64,000 nucleotides of DNA, taken from the NCBI GenBank assembly GCA_010015585.1, contig ML975149.1, one strand, 5' to 3'. Below, in pieces: positions 48,770 through 58,906 of this stretch (position 1 is its first letter; each line of letters begins with the position of its first letter). This DNA is from Eremomyces bilateralis CBS 781.70. Its lineage: Eukaryota. The position numbers and the translations under genes are program-made. Under the pieces are notes generated by a model. That model was not told where the DNA came from and ran no database searches. It was given only the letters and a program-made list of their open reading frames with translations.

Positions 48770-51700
48770 TCATATCTTCGCACTTCTTCTTGCCTTAACA
48801 TACCTCGGCACCCTCTTCGGTAACACCTCAATCATCTGCTCCAGCCATTTCCTCGTCGTAGCCGGATCAATCACACTGTCGATCTCAGCCGCCATAGCCA
48901 TATTGATAGCCTTCCCTTCGCTGTACATGACATCGATCATCTCCTGCTCCCTTTTCTTCCTCTTTTCAAGATCGTTGATAGATTCTAACTCCTTCCTGTA
49001 AGCAAGCCTTACAGCGCCTTCGATCCCCATGCCCCCAAAGACGGCACTCGGCCACGCCACGCACATGCTGTTCTTCAAACTTCCACCACCGAGCATCGCT
49101 TGTGCGCCCAGTCCGAAACCGTTTCGCAGTACGACTCCTAGGACGCGACCGCCGAGGAGGGCAAATTCTTGGGAGTTGCCGAACCAGTCACCGAAGCAGC
49201 GGTATGTGCTTCCGGCACCTTGAGCTTCGGCCGAGCGCTCGAAGTCGGGGCCGACCATGAACCCAGGGGTATCGCAGAGGCTGAGGAGGTGCATGCCGCC
49301 GAGGCGGATGAGGAGACGGAGAAGGCGGTTGACTTTTGCTCCGGATGCGACGTCGATAGCGCCGCCTAGGGGAGATGAGGAGTTGGAAGCCATGATTGCG
49401 ACTGCGTGGCCGTTGATGCGGCCAAAGCCTGTGAGCACAGAGAGGCCCCACTCGGGACAGAACTCGATGAAGCTATCGTCGTCCAGAAGAAGGTTGACCA
49501 CACGACGAACATCGTAGGCTCGGCGACGAGATGATAGTGGCGGCACTGCGGTGCGTAGGCGAAGAGGATCCGATGTACAAGGACTCTCCGCTGGTGGCAG
49601 CTGAGGATGTGTAAACAGAGCAACGATCTTGCGGACAATCTGCGCAGCTTCGACCTCGGTGTCCACAAGTACATCAATGCCACCTGAGCGCATATGGACA
49701 TCGACGGGACCGATATGTTCGTGCTCGAATCGGCCAAGGCCACCACCCTCGATCATTGCTTGACCACCCATGCCGATCGTGGTGGACTTCCTCAGCGGCG
49801 CATCCTTTGATCCGCCTCTTGTAGCTATGACAATGTCGCATGTTCCCAAGAATGCAGCGTTGCCCGCAAAGCAGTATCCGTTCGCTACTGTAACAGAAGG
49901 TATCCCTCTTGCCTTGATCTCGCCCATCAGAGAGAATGATGGCGTCTTTAGGCCCGCCGTCCCCAAGTGATCGGTGTCACCTGGTCTTCCACCGCCTCCT
50001 TCGGCGTACAACACCAGTGGCGCAGGATGATCAATGATTGATTGGAAGATGCGGTCTAACTTCTGATGATGGAAATGTCCTTGCGTGCCGGCAAGTACCA
50101 GGTAGTCGCCAATGACAACTGCGACTGGATGAGAGTCCATCTTCGCCCAGCCCACGATGATACCATCTCCGCTTGTTCGAGCGATGAGATGGGACATGGG
50201 GTACCTTTTCCTCTGTGCCGCAACTACGAGGTCTCCATATTCAATGAATGAATCTTTGTCTACGAGTAAGTCGAGATTTTCCCGGCCGGTGAGGTATCCG
50301 TTTGCATGGCGCTTGGCCACGTCCTCTTCGCGGCCAGCGTACCGTAGAAAGGCCTTACGTTCGTTCAGCTCCATCAGCTCCGGCCGCAGCTTCTCTGGGT
50401 TCTCGGTCTCGGCTAGGTCGTGTGTATTGTTGAGTGAACTGTCGCCGTCCGAGATGGTGAAGAGAAGAGCATCGCCGGCATTTACTTGCTGTCCTTGCGT
50501 GACGGCCACTTTCGCCACAACACCATTGCAGGCGCTCCTGACGGAATGCTCCATCTTCATCGCCTCAAGAACGACCAATTCTTGGCCAGCAATGATCTTG
50601 TCACCTCCACTCACTTTGATGGAAAGGACAACGCCCGTGACATGTGCGAGCAGCTCTTCAGAGCCTGCAGGTCGCTCAACTTTAGCCGCATTCTCCTTTA
50701 GCGTGGTAGCTTCTTCGGAGGTACGGTCACCTTTAGCCCGCAACGCGTCTTCGAACTGCTGCGTGGCGCTGTACAGCGCCTCGAAGTTCTCCTGGATGGT
50801 CAAAATGTTGCTCTTGCCCTCTTGCACGGTTTGGATATCCAGCAAAGCCATTAGGAACGCCTGATTCGTCCTGCATCCTACGATCCTCGTCTCGTCGATG
50901 GCCCAACGAGCCAGTCGCAGTGCAGACTCATACGAAGATGCGGTGACAATGAGTTTCGCCAAAAGGCTGTCGAACAAAGGGCTCACAGCATACTGCCGGC
51001 CTCCTTCAAGAGCTGTCTCGACTCGCACGCCTGCTCCTGTAGGGAAATGTCCTTGTCGAATAGTCCCCGCTTCAGGTTGCGCGGTGCCATCTTGCTTGAA
51101 GCTTTCGGCGTTGATCCGTAGCTGTATGGATGTAAGTCGAGGTGGTGGGGGTTCCCGTGTTATGTACAGGTCTGCTAGCGTTCGTCCCAAGGCAACCTGA
51201 AGCTGTAGATCCACTAAATCAACGCCATTGATCTGCTCGGTGATGGTATGCTCAACTTGTATCCTGGGATTCCCCTCCATGAAATAATAGTCTTCGGTTG
51301 CTGCATCGACAAGGAACTCGATTGTGGCGAGACTTCGCAGCTTCACTGCTTTTCCCAGTTTCACCGCAGCTTCGATGATGGCTTGCCTAAGCCGTGGCAT
51401 GATGGAATGCGAAGGCGCAATCTCCACGACTTTCTGGTTTCTGCGCTGAAGCGAGCATTCTCTTTCCCAGAAATGGCAAACTGCTCCAGTGCCGTCTCCA
51501 AGAAGCTGGACTTCAATGTGTTTAGCACCGTGCAGATATCGCTCCGCGAACAAGCTTCCATTGCCGAAGGATGCATGTGCCTCTCGCTGACAAGCTTCGT
51601 AAGCGAAGCGAATGGCTTGCTCGTCCGTATTGTCATCAATGATGCGGATGCCGCGCCCTCCGCCGCCAGCTGCGGCCTTCAGAATGATTTTGCTGGCTGG

Positions 51701-52177
51701 GCCCAGGCTCTTTCCAAACGCGAGTACATCCGTGATGGAAGAACCTCGATCGAGTACGGTCTTCGTGCCATCTAGAACCGGTATACCTGCATCTACCGCC
51801 AATGACCTCGCGCTCATCTTGTTTCCAAGTTGTGTCAACTGCTCGCTCGATGGTCCGATGAACATGATGCCTTCATCCTCGCAGAGTCTCGCTAACCCAG
51901 CGTCTTCGGACAAGAAACCATAGCCCGGTGCGATACCCCAGCATCCTTCTTTCTTCGCAATGTTGACAATATTGGCCGCATCCAGATATGCACGTGGACC
52001 TTCTCCTGGGAGCGCCACTGATGTGGTTGCAAGACGCACGTGTGTCGCATCCTTCTCAGAGGGAGTGAACAGAGCTACTGTGCGGATGCTTGAGTAGAGC
52101 GAGTATGTCCTGATGAGGCGGCATGCTATCTCGGATCGATTGGCTATGAGAATCTTGATGGGTTGAGAGGAAGACAT
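48770..52177 (-). CDS. Single-chain biotin-dependent acyl-CoA carboxylase, BC-BCCP-CT (LCC-like)
   Basis: 1135-aa intronless ORF. BC domain: KILIANRSEIA, PGYGFLSE, GGGGRG, ERECSLQRRNQK, EGNPRIQVEH. Biotin site: LEAMKME. CT domain: EGGGGRPGD, DTPGFMVGP, GFGLGAQAM. Confidence 0.92.
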   Translation of the reverse strand: MSSSQPIKILIANRSEIACRLIRTYSLYSSIRTVALFTPSEKDATHVRLATTSVALPGEGPRAYLDAANIVNIAKKEGCWGIAPGYGFLSEDAGLARLCEDEGIMFIGPSSEQLTQLGNKMSARSLAVDAGIPVLDGTKTVLDRGSSITDVLAFGKSLGPASKIILKAAAGGGGRGIRIIDDNTDEQAIRFAYEACQREAHASFGNGSLFAERYLHGAKHIEVQLLGDGTGAVCHFWERECSLQRRNQKVVEIAPSHSIMPRLRQAIIEAAVKLGKAVKLRSLATIEFLVDAATEDYYFMEGNPRIQVEHTITEQINGVDLVDLQLQVALGRTLADLYITREPPPPRLTSIQLRINAESFKQDGTAQPEAGTIRQGHFPTGAGVRVETALEGGRQYAVSPLFDSLLAKLIVTASSYESALRLARWAIDETRIVGCRTNQAFLMALLDIQTVQEGKSNILTIQENFEALYSATQQFEDALRAKGDRTSEEATTLKENAAKVERPAGSEELLAHVTGVVLSIKVSGGDKIIAGQELVVLEAMKMEHSVRSACNGVVAKVAVTQGQQVNAGDALLFTISDGDSSLNNTHDLAETENPEKLRPELMELNERKAFLRYAGREEDVAKRHANGYLTGRENLDLLVDKDSFIEYGDLVVAAQRKRYPMSHLIARTSGDGIIVGWAKMDSHPVAVVIGDYLVLAGTQGHFHHQKLDRIFQSIIDHPAPLVLYAEGGGGRPGDTDHLGTAGLKTPSFSLMGEIKARGIPSVTVANGYCFAGNAAFLGTCDIVIATRGGSKDAPLRKSTTIGMGGQAMIEGGGLGRFEHEHIGPVDVHMRSGGIDVLVDTEVEAAQIVRKIVALFTHPQLPPAESPCTSDPLRLRTAVPPLSSRRRAYDVRRVVNLLLDDDSFIEFCPEWGLSVLTGFGRINGHAVAIMASNSSSPLGGAIDVASGAKVNRLLRLLIRLGGMHLLSLCDTPGFMVGPDFERSAEAQGAGSTYRCFGDWFGNSQEFALLGGRVLGVVLRNGFGLGAQAMLGGGSLKNSMCVAWPSAVFGGMGIEGAVRLAYRKELESINDLEKRKKREQEMIDVMYSEGKAINMAMAAEIDSVIDPATTRKWLEQMIEVLPKRVPRYVKARRSAKI

Positions 52178-52814
52178 CCTGGAGGCAACCCGTCATCTAC
52201 TGGAGAGCGATAGCCGTCGCGTGTTACGCATTTCTCTTCGTTATACTTTGTCACCGTGACACGCACATTAATGATCTTTGTCTCGTTTTCTATGTGTCTG
52301 CAGTATTCATGAAAAGTGGACCTCAAAAGCTGTTGCCTCGCCACGGCTGCTCGGCTCAGTTCGGCAGTGTTGGCACCAGCACGCCTGTCGAGCAGACTGA
52401 GTGCTCTGACCCTACCCTACTCGAAGAGATCTATCCGTAATGGCCGCCGTTTCCAATGGAGCGAGGGGCTCGCCTCATTCATTCGTGAAAATACCCCTTG
52501 AGAACACGTTGGAAATGTCAGAAAACAGAAGGTTTCTCGAGATCAGGTGACGCGACCGCAGGGGTGTATAATTTGTGCACTGTCATAGGCCCAAACCACG
52601 AAGGATCTGGTATGCTGGTAACGCTGATGAATTGCCCCAATTGCTAAAGAGAGAAGGAAAAGATCTCTCTCACTGCGATCTGCTATTTACATCTATGGGC
52701 AGACGGTCTACCTATCATCCCTTCTGCCTTAGGCCGCAAGGCCACAACACACAGACTGGACGAAGCCCAAGACTAGAGCTCCGAAATGAATAAATGAATA
52801 CGAATATGGCCCTT

Positions 52815-53302
52815 ATTTATCTCAGTTGGGACTCAGACGGGATCTGCAAGATGATTGTGGCGGTGCAGGCATCTTTCAGATGCCGTCTGAGGGCCTTTTG
52901 CAAGCATTTTGGTGGGCGCGTAGGTCAAAGAGCGGATTTGACCCCTACGGTGCACCAAACCCCACCAAAATTTACGACCAGAGTCTCTCCAAAAGTTCAA
53001 CTACGCGTGCCCTTCGAAACCGCCGATGCTAATCATTTATTATAGGCTTATTTTGATATATTTTTTAATATACTATAAAAGAGCGGGTTCTTTTACCATT
53101 TACCTAGCCTAGCATAAACTTTTGAGTACTGAAAATTAATATAGTTGACTGAAACGGCTGGAAAATCTGAAAACTTCAACTACGTGTCCACACAAACCTT
53201 ACAAATGGACCTCAGACGGCATCTAAAGATGCCTTGCCTGCACCGCCACACTATAGTCACGTGCAGCATCTGAAGATACCGTCTGAGCTTGCTGAGATAA
53301 AT
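52815..53302. mobile_element. Non-autonomous foldback/MITE-like element with long imperfect TIRs
   Basis: The left arm (52815-~52930) matches the reverse complement of the right arm (~53170-53302): ATTTATCTCAG..CTCAGACGG..TGTGGCGGTGCAGGC..AGATGCCGTCTGAGG. AT-rich core, flanked by CCTT direct repeats. Confidence 0.8.
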
Positions 53303-53310
53303 CCTTCACA

Positions 53311-54306
53311 AGTATCTCAATCCTTTTCTTCTTTCCGCACGAGTCGGTGTTTCCGCCTACGCGGAGAGCTTATTCTGGCACGTCGTGGAGGAGCTGGAAC
53401 GGTTTCCAGCCCTCTATTACCTCCCTCTCAACTTCCTTGGCCACCCGGTATTGCTCTAGGCCTCCCGCATCGATCAGCCACCTTGCTGCGTGGCGCACCT
53501 TGTCCCTGTCATGCAATATCCTCTTATAGTTCGTTGTTCCAGCTCGTTGGAGGAGCGCAATCCTCTGGTCGGCCCTTAACTCCAACTATCTCAGTCCGGA
53601 GTGCCATAAGCGCCGAGGCCTCGTGTTTCTGAAGGCCATCGAATCGGTTAAGGCACTGGGTTTCCCACGGGTCCTTCCATGCCTTGCTCTCCTTCCTGGT
53701 CTAGCTGCTTCGGCTTGCCATCTTTCCCTCCATTTCGCCCGATACTCATCCTGGATCATCCGGTATGGACCTTGTCGCTGTTGTGTCTGATATCCTCTAG
53801 CTGGTTCGGGCCGGGGGAACAGAAGTCTGTCATACCGAGTCCGGAGCGTATATATTGCGGGTTCAGGTTTAGACCGGACACGGCGGGGTCGGCCTCGAGT
53901 TCGTCTCTGCTATGGGTTGAAACCCTTGGTTGGCTAAGGCTAGGAGCCTAAGCCTGATTAGGTAAGGTTGAATCAGAGTCCAACCTCTCCGATGTAAACA
54001 AGAAGGTTTCCCTTTCTTGTTCTCTTCTTTAGCTTAATCTAGAATATCTTTGGCTACGTGTATGTTGTGTGCATCCAGCTACCGTGCCGTAACAGTCTCG
54101 GGGGAGCAGAAGCAGCATCCCAGACTTGCGTTAGGGCTCCTTCAATCTGGGTAGTGGCCTTATGGGAGTTCGTCGATGCTGCTCTTTGAGCGGCCCGTTC
54201 TTGGACGTAGACTTCGATTGGGGGAACGCCCGCCTCTCTCTCAAGCGCGGCGATCGGTGTCCGTTTATAAGCCCCTAGGATCTTTCGAAGGCACTTGACG
54301 TACTGA
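53311..54306 (-). mobile_element. Second degenerate LINE fragment (same family as 745-1561)
   Basis: High identity to 890-1561 with a ~100-bp internal deletion. The upstream part encodes the post-RT motif CLRKILGAYKRTPIAALEREAGVPPI. Interrupted by a solo LTR. Confidence 0.88.
53908..54094. mobile_element. Solo LTR (187 bp) inserted in the LINE
   Basis: TG...CA ends (TGCTATGG...CCGTAACA) and a 5-bp TSD GTCTC at 53903-53907 and 54095-54099. Removing it restores the LINE frame ASAPPRRTRGRPRRVRSKPEP. Confidence 0.88.
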
Positions 54307-54423
54307 ATATTATACACGCAACTGCAACGAATGGACTTCGAAAAGCCTTACCAATGTGCGAACAACAATATTCCACCTTAGCGCCAAGTGATGCAACACT
54401 ACTGGGTTGAAAATCAACCCTCG

Positions 54424-55018
54424 CTAAACCGCTGCTCTCCTTAGGCCCATGTAGACTCTCAACCTCTCTCTCTTTTGACTTGTGTTCCCTCCTATACTGA
54501 GCCCCAGCGGTTCGAGAATCGTATCGAGCTGACCAGCGTTCAATCGTCCAAGGTCATGTGTTGTTGATGGAAAATTGGGAATGACAGTATTCGTTTGGAC
54601 ATTGTGAAACGGCGCAAGAGGAGAGTTCGGAGATTCCAAGTAGGAGTTTTGAATGCGGGAAATAGCGTTTTGTTCACTACCAAGTTAGTGAAGGAACACT
54701 AAATCTTGATTTAGGTTTAAGTTTAAGTGAACATACGAAGCAAGTTGTCTAGTCTCCAAGGCATCGAACCTCGCATCGAATCTCGCCTCCAAGGCATCGA
54801 ATCTCGAGTTCAAAGTGCCCTCCATGCGATTCAAGGCAGCCAGAATCGAAGCACCAGCGTCAATCACAGGGAGATTCTGTAGCTTGTCGAATTCACTTGC
54901 AAATCTCATGCAATTGTTGCTGATTTCTCGAAGACTTGTACGGAGAGCACCAAAATCAGCTTGCTGGGGATCAAGTGGTGTATGTGATGTGGAGGGGTGT
55001 ATGTGATGTGGAGGGCAT
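54424..55018 (-). pseudogene. Small coiled-coil protein with Mug135-like C-terminal domain, frameshifted near the start
   Basis: Intron 54677-54736 joins the RFDALEARFDARFDALE coiled coil to ISRIQNS...LAPF...IPNFPST..DLGRL...QLDTILEPLGL...KRERLRVYMG. The ATG at 55018 is put out of frame by a 19-bp tandem duplication. Confidence 0.65.
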
Positions 55019-55019
55019 G

Positions 55020-55127
55020 GAGAAGAAGTCCGTTGCAGAGAAGAAGTCCGTTGTAGAGAAGAGGTCGGTAGCAGAGAAGAAATATGTTGCAGAGAAGAAG
55101 TATGTTGCAGAGAAGAAGTCTGTTGTT
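55020..55127. repeat. 18-bp minisatellite (6 units)
   Basis: Consensus GAGAAGAAGTcyGTTGCA repeated six times immediately upstream of the ATG at 55018. Confidence 0.9.
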
Positions 55128-55475
55128 GACTGTTGTGTTGTTGCCTAAGAAGTGGGAGCAGGAGCAACGATGTCAATATTCATGAGAAATCACGAACCAT
55201 TTGTCGCAGTAAAGACAGCACCCTGGGATTTGAGCCACCCGCCCCAGCGCCTTCGATCTAGAGTTAGATAGGCCAATGAAATAAGTTAACTGAACGTGAT
55301 TGTACCAGTTTTGCATGAAAATTGGGGTCAATCCTACCGAAAGATGAGGCCCCCTGTTGCAAAGACGACATTCTGACCCCATTCAATCGATCCTCAAGAC
55401 CTCAACGTGTCGCCGCTAAAAAACTCAATCCGCAATCATCCAATCGGAAATTGTGACAGCTATCTATATCTCCAT

Positions 55476-55860
55476 GGCCGTTGCTCGATCAGTCCCACAG
55501 TCCCACTGCCACGCTTACCCCTGCCGTCACCGAACCACGTGCTCGCGCGTATGTTAGCCGTGGCCCTGAATCCTAATGACCACAAGATGGGGACCTACTT
55601 CCACATGGCCGGCAACACGGCCGGATGTGACTTCTGTGGTGTCGTCGAATCGGTAGATGTGGTTCGGGGTGGGGGTGCTCAAAAAGCCAAAATCCTTCCG
55701 ATACAATTGGACCCATGTCAGCGACAGACGGAAGCCTTCGGGGTCTCCAGCAGGCAACCTCACGCATCTACCAGAGACGGGGGTCTACGGCGCCGTCTTC
55801 CCGTACTCGCTCCGGCCCGATGATGAACATAATGGTGCATTTGCCCAGTGGGTCGTGGGC
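55476..55860 (+). pseudogene. N-terminal fragment of a LovC-like trans-acting enoyl reductase (MDR family)
   Basis: [17 protein letters not shown]...[12 protein letters not shown] then, after a frame change, VYGAVFPY...NGAFAQWVV. No NADPH-binding half follows. Confidence 0.75.
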
Positions 55861-56689
55861 CCCCAGCCGTCCTCTTCCATCAGATTCGTTCATACCGATT
55901 GCCTGGAGTTATACTCCCGCAGTCCAGCTCGTATCGCTGAAAGTCTTCTCTAATTACAACACCGCCTATATGCTCTATCCATGATACCCCTCTTTATATA
56001 GATTGGTATTGGTCGGCATACATGCTACCAGTTGTGAATCCAGCCCCTAACAGAACTCAGTCTCTCATTATCTGTTGCTGCCATTTTGTCAACCCCTCAA
56101 TAATTCGCGCTCTCGTTTCACGGTGATACCAAGTTTCTGACCGTTGTTCTTTTGTCGTTCTGCGGGAAGTTCTTAATTTGAGACTTTCATGTCTTCCTTC
56201 CTAAATAGTCTTCTAAGATGATAGAAAGAGCGGCGAAAAGCGCGCCGTGATCTCAAAATTCCTCTCCAGCCAGAGATTTGGGATCACAGCCTGGCTTTCC
56301 CAACACCACTTTCCTCCAGCACTCATGTTCCCGCGGGGGGGCTTGACCTTCGCTCACTCATATCTGTTCAGGCGTTGAGCAAGTCCTAGGCCAGATTAGG
56401 TCACTGCGAGGCCTACCAGTGGGCTACCACCCCTTAGGCTGCCGGGCTTACCTAACTTAAGCTTCAGATCATCCTTAAACTTCTCCACCCATCGACGGAA
56501 GCAGCCATTTGTTCTATTACGAATGAGTTACTCTATTCATTTATGTCCTATCCTGCCCAGATACCTCGTCTCTTGGGGAATACGCCCTTGTCACTGTTCC
56601 CAGTGATGTGTTAAAATTTTACGCAACCTTGACAGTACCCAGCACGAACCGAAACGTTACAAAATCGATTTTAAGCCACAATATTCGAC

Positions 56690-57886
56690 ATGGCTAAACC
56701 TACAGACTTCAGCGAGATTTATGTTACCGTTCTCCGCCAATCCATCTCGCCAGATTACACAGACGAAGAGGCAGAGGAGCTACGACTTATTTTGAAAAGC
56801 CTACTGGGAAGCATTATATCTCCATTCTCTCCACTTTCTACCCAGTCCTTGAGCAAGCTAATTAGCACATCGCAAGATGAAATAGATCAAACTCTGGGTG
56901 CTCTTCATGCCATTCTAGACGTTCCAAACGACGCAACCCGCCCGATCCGATTAACATCATCCTTCATTCCGCGACTTCCTTCTCGATAGGAGGAGATGTG
57001 AGGATACGGATTTCTGAGTTGACGAGAAGCAAGCTCATCAAACTCTTGCCGTGCAATGCATACAGCTCATGTCCAGGTTTCTCAAGCAGGACATACTTGG
57101 AATTCGCCGACCAGGTGCGCTTGTAGCCGACATTGAATGCAGCCAAGTAGAACTGGACCTTCCTCCTGAGATTCAATATGCTTGTCTCTACTGAGTCCAG
57201 CATCTTCAGAAAAGCGACGCTCAGCTTTATAACAACGACAAAATGCATCAGTTCCTACTGACACACTTACTACACTGGCTTGAGGCGTTAAGCTGGATGC
57301 AGGTCTCTGAAGGGATCTATGCAATCACTTTTCAGGAGTCCATTATCCTTATAAATTTACCTTCGGTATAGCGCGAAACTTTCAACTAAACTTCGGTTGG
57401 ACAGGTGACTGTTCCCATCTGTTCGAGTTTGTCCATGATGCCAAACGATTCGCCCTTTATAATCAGGCAGTGATAACGTGCGCTCCTCTTCAAATATACT
57501 GCAGTGCGCTGATATACGCACCTGTAATGAGTATAGTAAGGCGGCAGTTTGATGCCCAGGTAGCTCAATGGATACAACAACTACCTCACGTACAAAAGCA
57601 TTGGAATGCCTTACTACGGACGCTCGAGGGCCACGCGACCTGTGTCACTGCCCTGGCGTTCTCACCGGACGGCAAGGTGGCCGCGTCGGCGTCGGACGAC
57701 AAGACGGTCCGGCTATGGGACACCGGGTCGGGCGCGGCCCTGCAGACGCTCGAGCGCCACGCAGACGAGATCGTCACCGTGACGTTCTCGCCGGACGGCA
57801 AGACGATCGCGTCAGCGTTGGACGACCAAACGGTCCGGATGGAAGCTGACTCAGAGTACGATCTTGACGGAAAATCAACTCCATGA
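56690..57886 (+). pseudogene. Remnant of a NACHT-WD40 (HET-E-like) NLR
   Basis: Post-NACHT helical region (LGSII...PLS..SLSKL; IRL-HHPSFRDFL; QYACLY*VQHL; LLHWLEALS; FVHDAKRF; APLQIYCSAL) and two 126-bp WD40 repeats. TGA at 57015 and 57192 plus frameshifts. The N-terminus is missing. Confidence 0.9.
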
Positions 57887-58199
57887 TTTTGTGGTGAGAG
57901 TGGTGTTTTTCCCGCTTCAAATCACGTTCAACATTTGCTGTTACATCTGATGTTTTGCGTCCCAACCTAGTGGCAAAGAGCGACTAGACGTTTACTTTGT
58001 GAGTCTGAGTCCCTCCTTCAAGCTCCTTAGGCATTTGTGGAGAACCTGAGTAGGCAATGGGGTTATGTCTTTCAATTGGCTAAGAAGGACGATTCGAAAG
58101 AGAAGGAAAAGATATGGAATTTCGCCTAATGGTATGGCTATCTACCATAACACCATGAGTGAGGAGGAATCAAAATGATGTTGAAGTCCAATCTCGAAA

Positions 58200-58906
58200 T
58201 CATATATTTTGCACCTGTCCAGGTCGCTCTCGTTCTTCCTCTTCCTTCTTCTCCCGCTGCGTCTCCTCTTCCGCCTTCACAAGTGCTTCTCGCTCCGTTT
58301 TGCTCTTGCGGCTCGGCTGCGAGAAGATGGCGCCAAAGAATGACAGAATACTGGTCGATCGTAGTGCAACGCAGTAGAAGAGCGTCAATCCCATAACCAA
58401 CATCTCCTGCCTCACGGCCTCATTGTTCGCTTTCGGCCCCATGAATTCAATGGTGCCGATTTTCTTGACAGCCCAGAAGTTTGCGGAATACTTCGCAACG
58501 GGTCTCTGATCGGCATCCATGCAGATGAAATCCCAGACCTTGAAGTCGCTGTCGCTGGTCCAGTGCATGGTTACGGACTCGTCGGTGTCGGAGTAGGTGC
58601 GGGACTGGTGGGTGTACTCGAGCTTGAAGCGCTTCTGTGTTTTGAGCGTGATAGGCTGATTGTAGAACTCGCAGTCGGCATCGATGCCGAAGGTGAGCCG
58701 GGGCCGAAGGTCGACTCATCCTCAGCACGCTTGAAAACCAGATGGGGCTTGAGCGATTTGAAGTCGACGAGGTAGACTGGTTTTGCCTCTGGATCGTCTT
58801 TCTCGACGACTTTCGCTTTGAAGTTCTTCCAGAAGAAGTCAACGTGGAGAGCGCGACCCTGCATTGAGGCTCTTTGGTGCGATAGCATCTCTATCGTATG
58901 CTCCAT
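58200..58906 (-). pseudogene. Fungal hypothetical protein split by a frameshift near 58695
   Basis: ORF 58571-58906 (ALHVDFFWKNFKAKVV...PHLVFK) and a second frame (GIDADCEF...MHWTSDSDFKVWDFICMD...VAKYSANFWAVKKIGTIEF) look like one protein. No intron fits at the junction. Confidence 0.55.

Noticed and set aside
52880..52891. ATGCCGTCTGAG resembling the Neisseria DNA uptake sequence
   Set aside because: 11/12 match only, inside the foldback arms of a fungal genome, with no other bacterial features nearby.
55020..55127. 18-bp repeats as a CRISPR array
   Set aside because: Contiguous units without spacers, eukaryotic context and no cas genes.
57015..57194. TGA stops in the NACHT-WD40 remnant as RIP or recoding
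   Set aside because: TGG->TGA in these contexts is not the canonical CpA RIP change, and coexisting frameshifts indicate ordinary decay.
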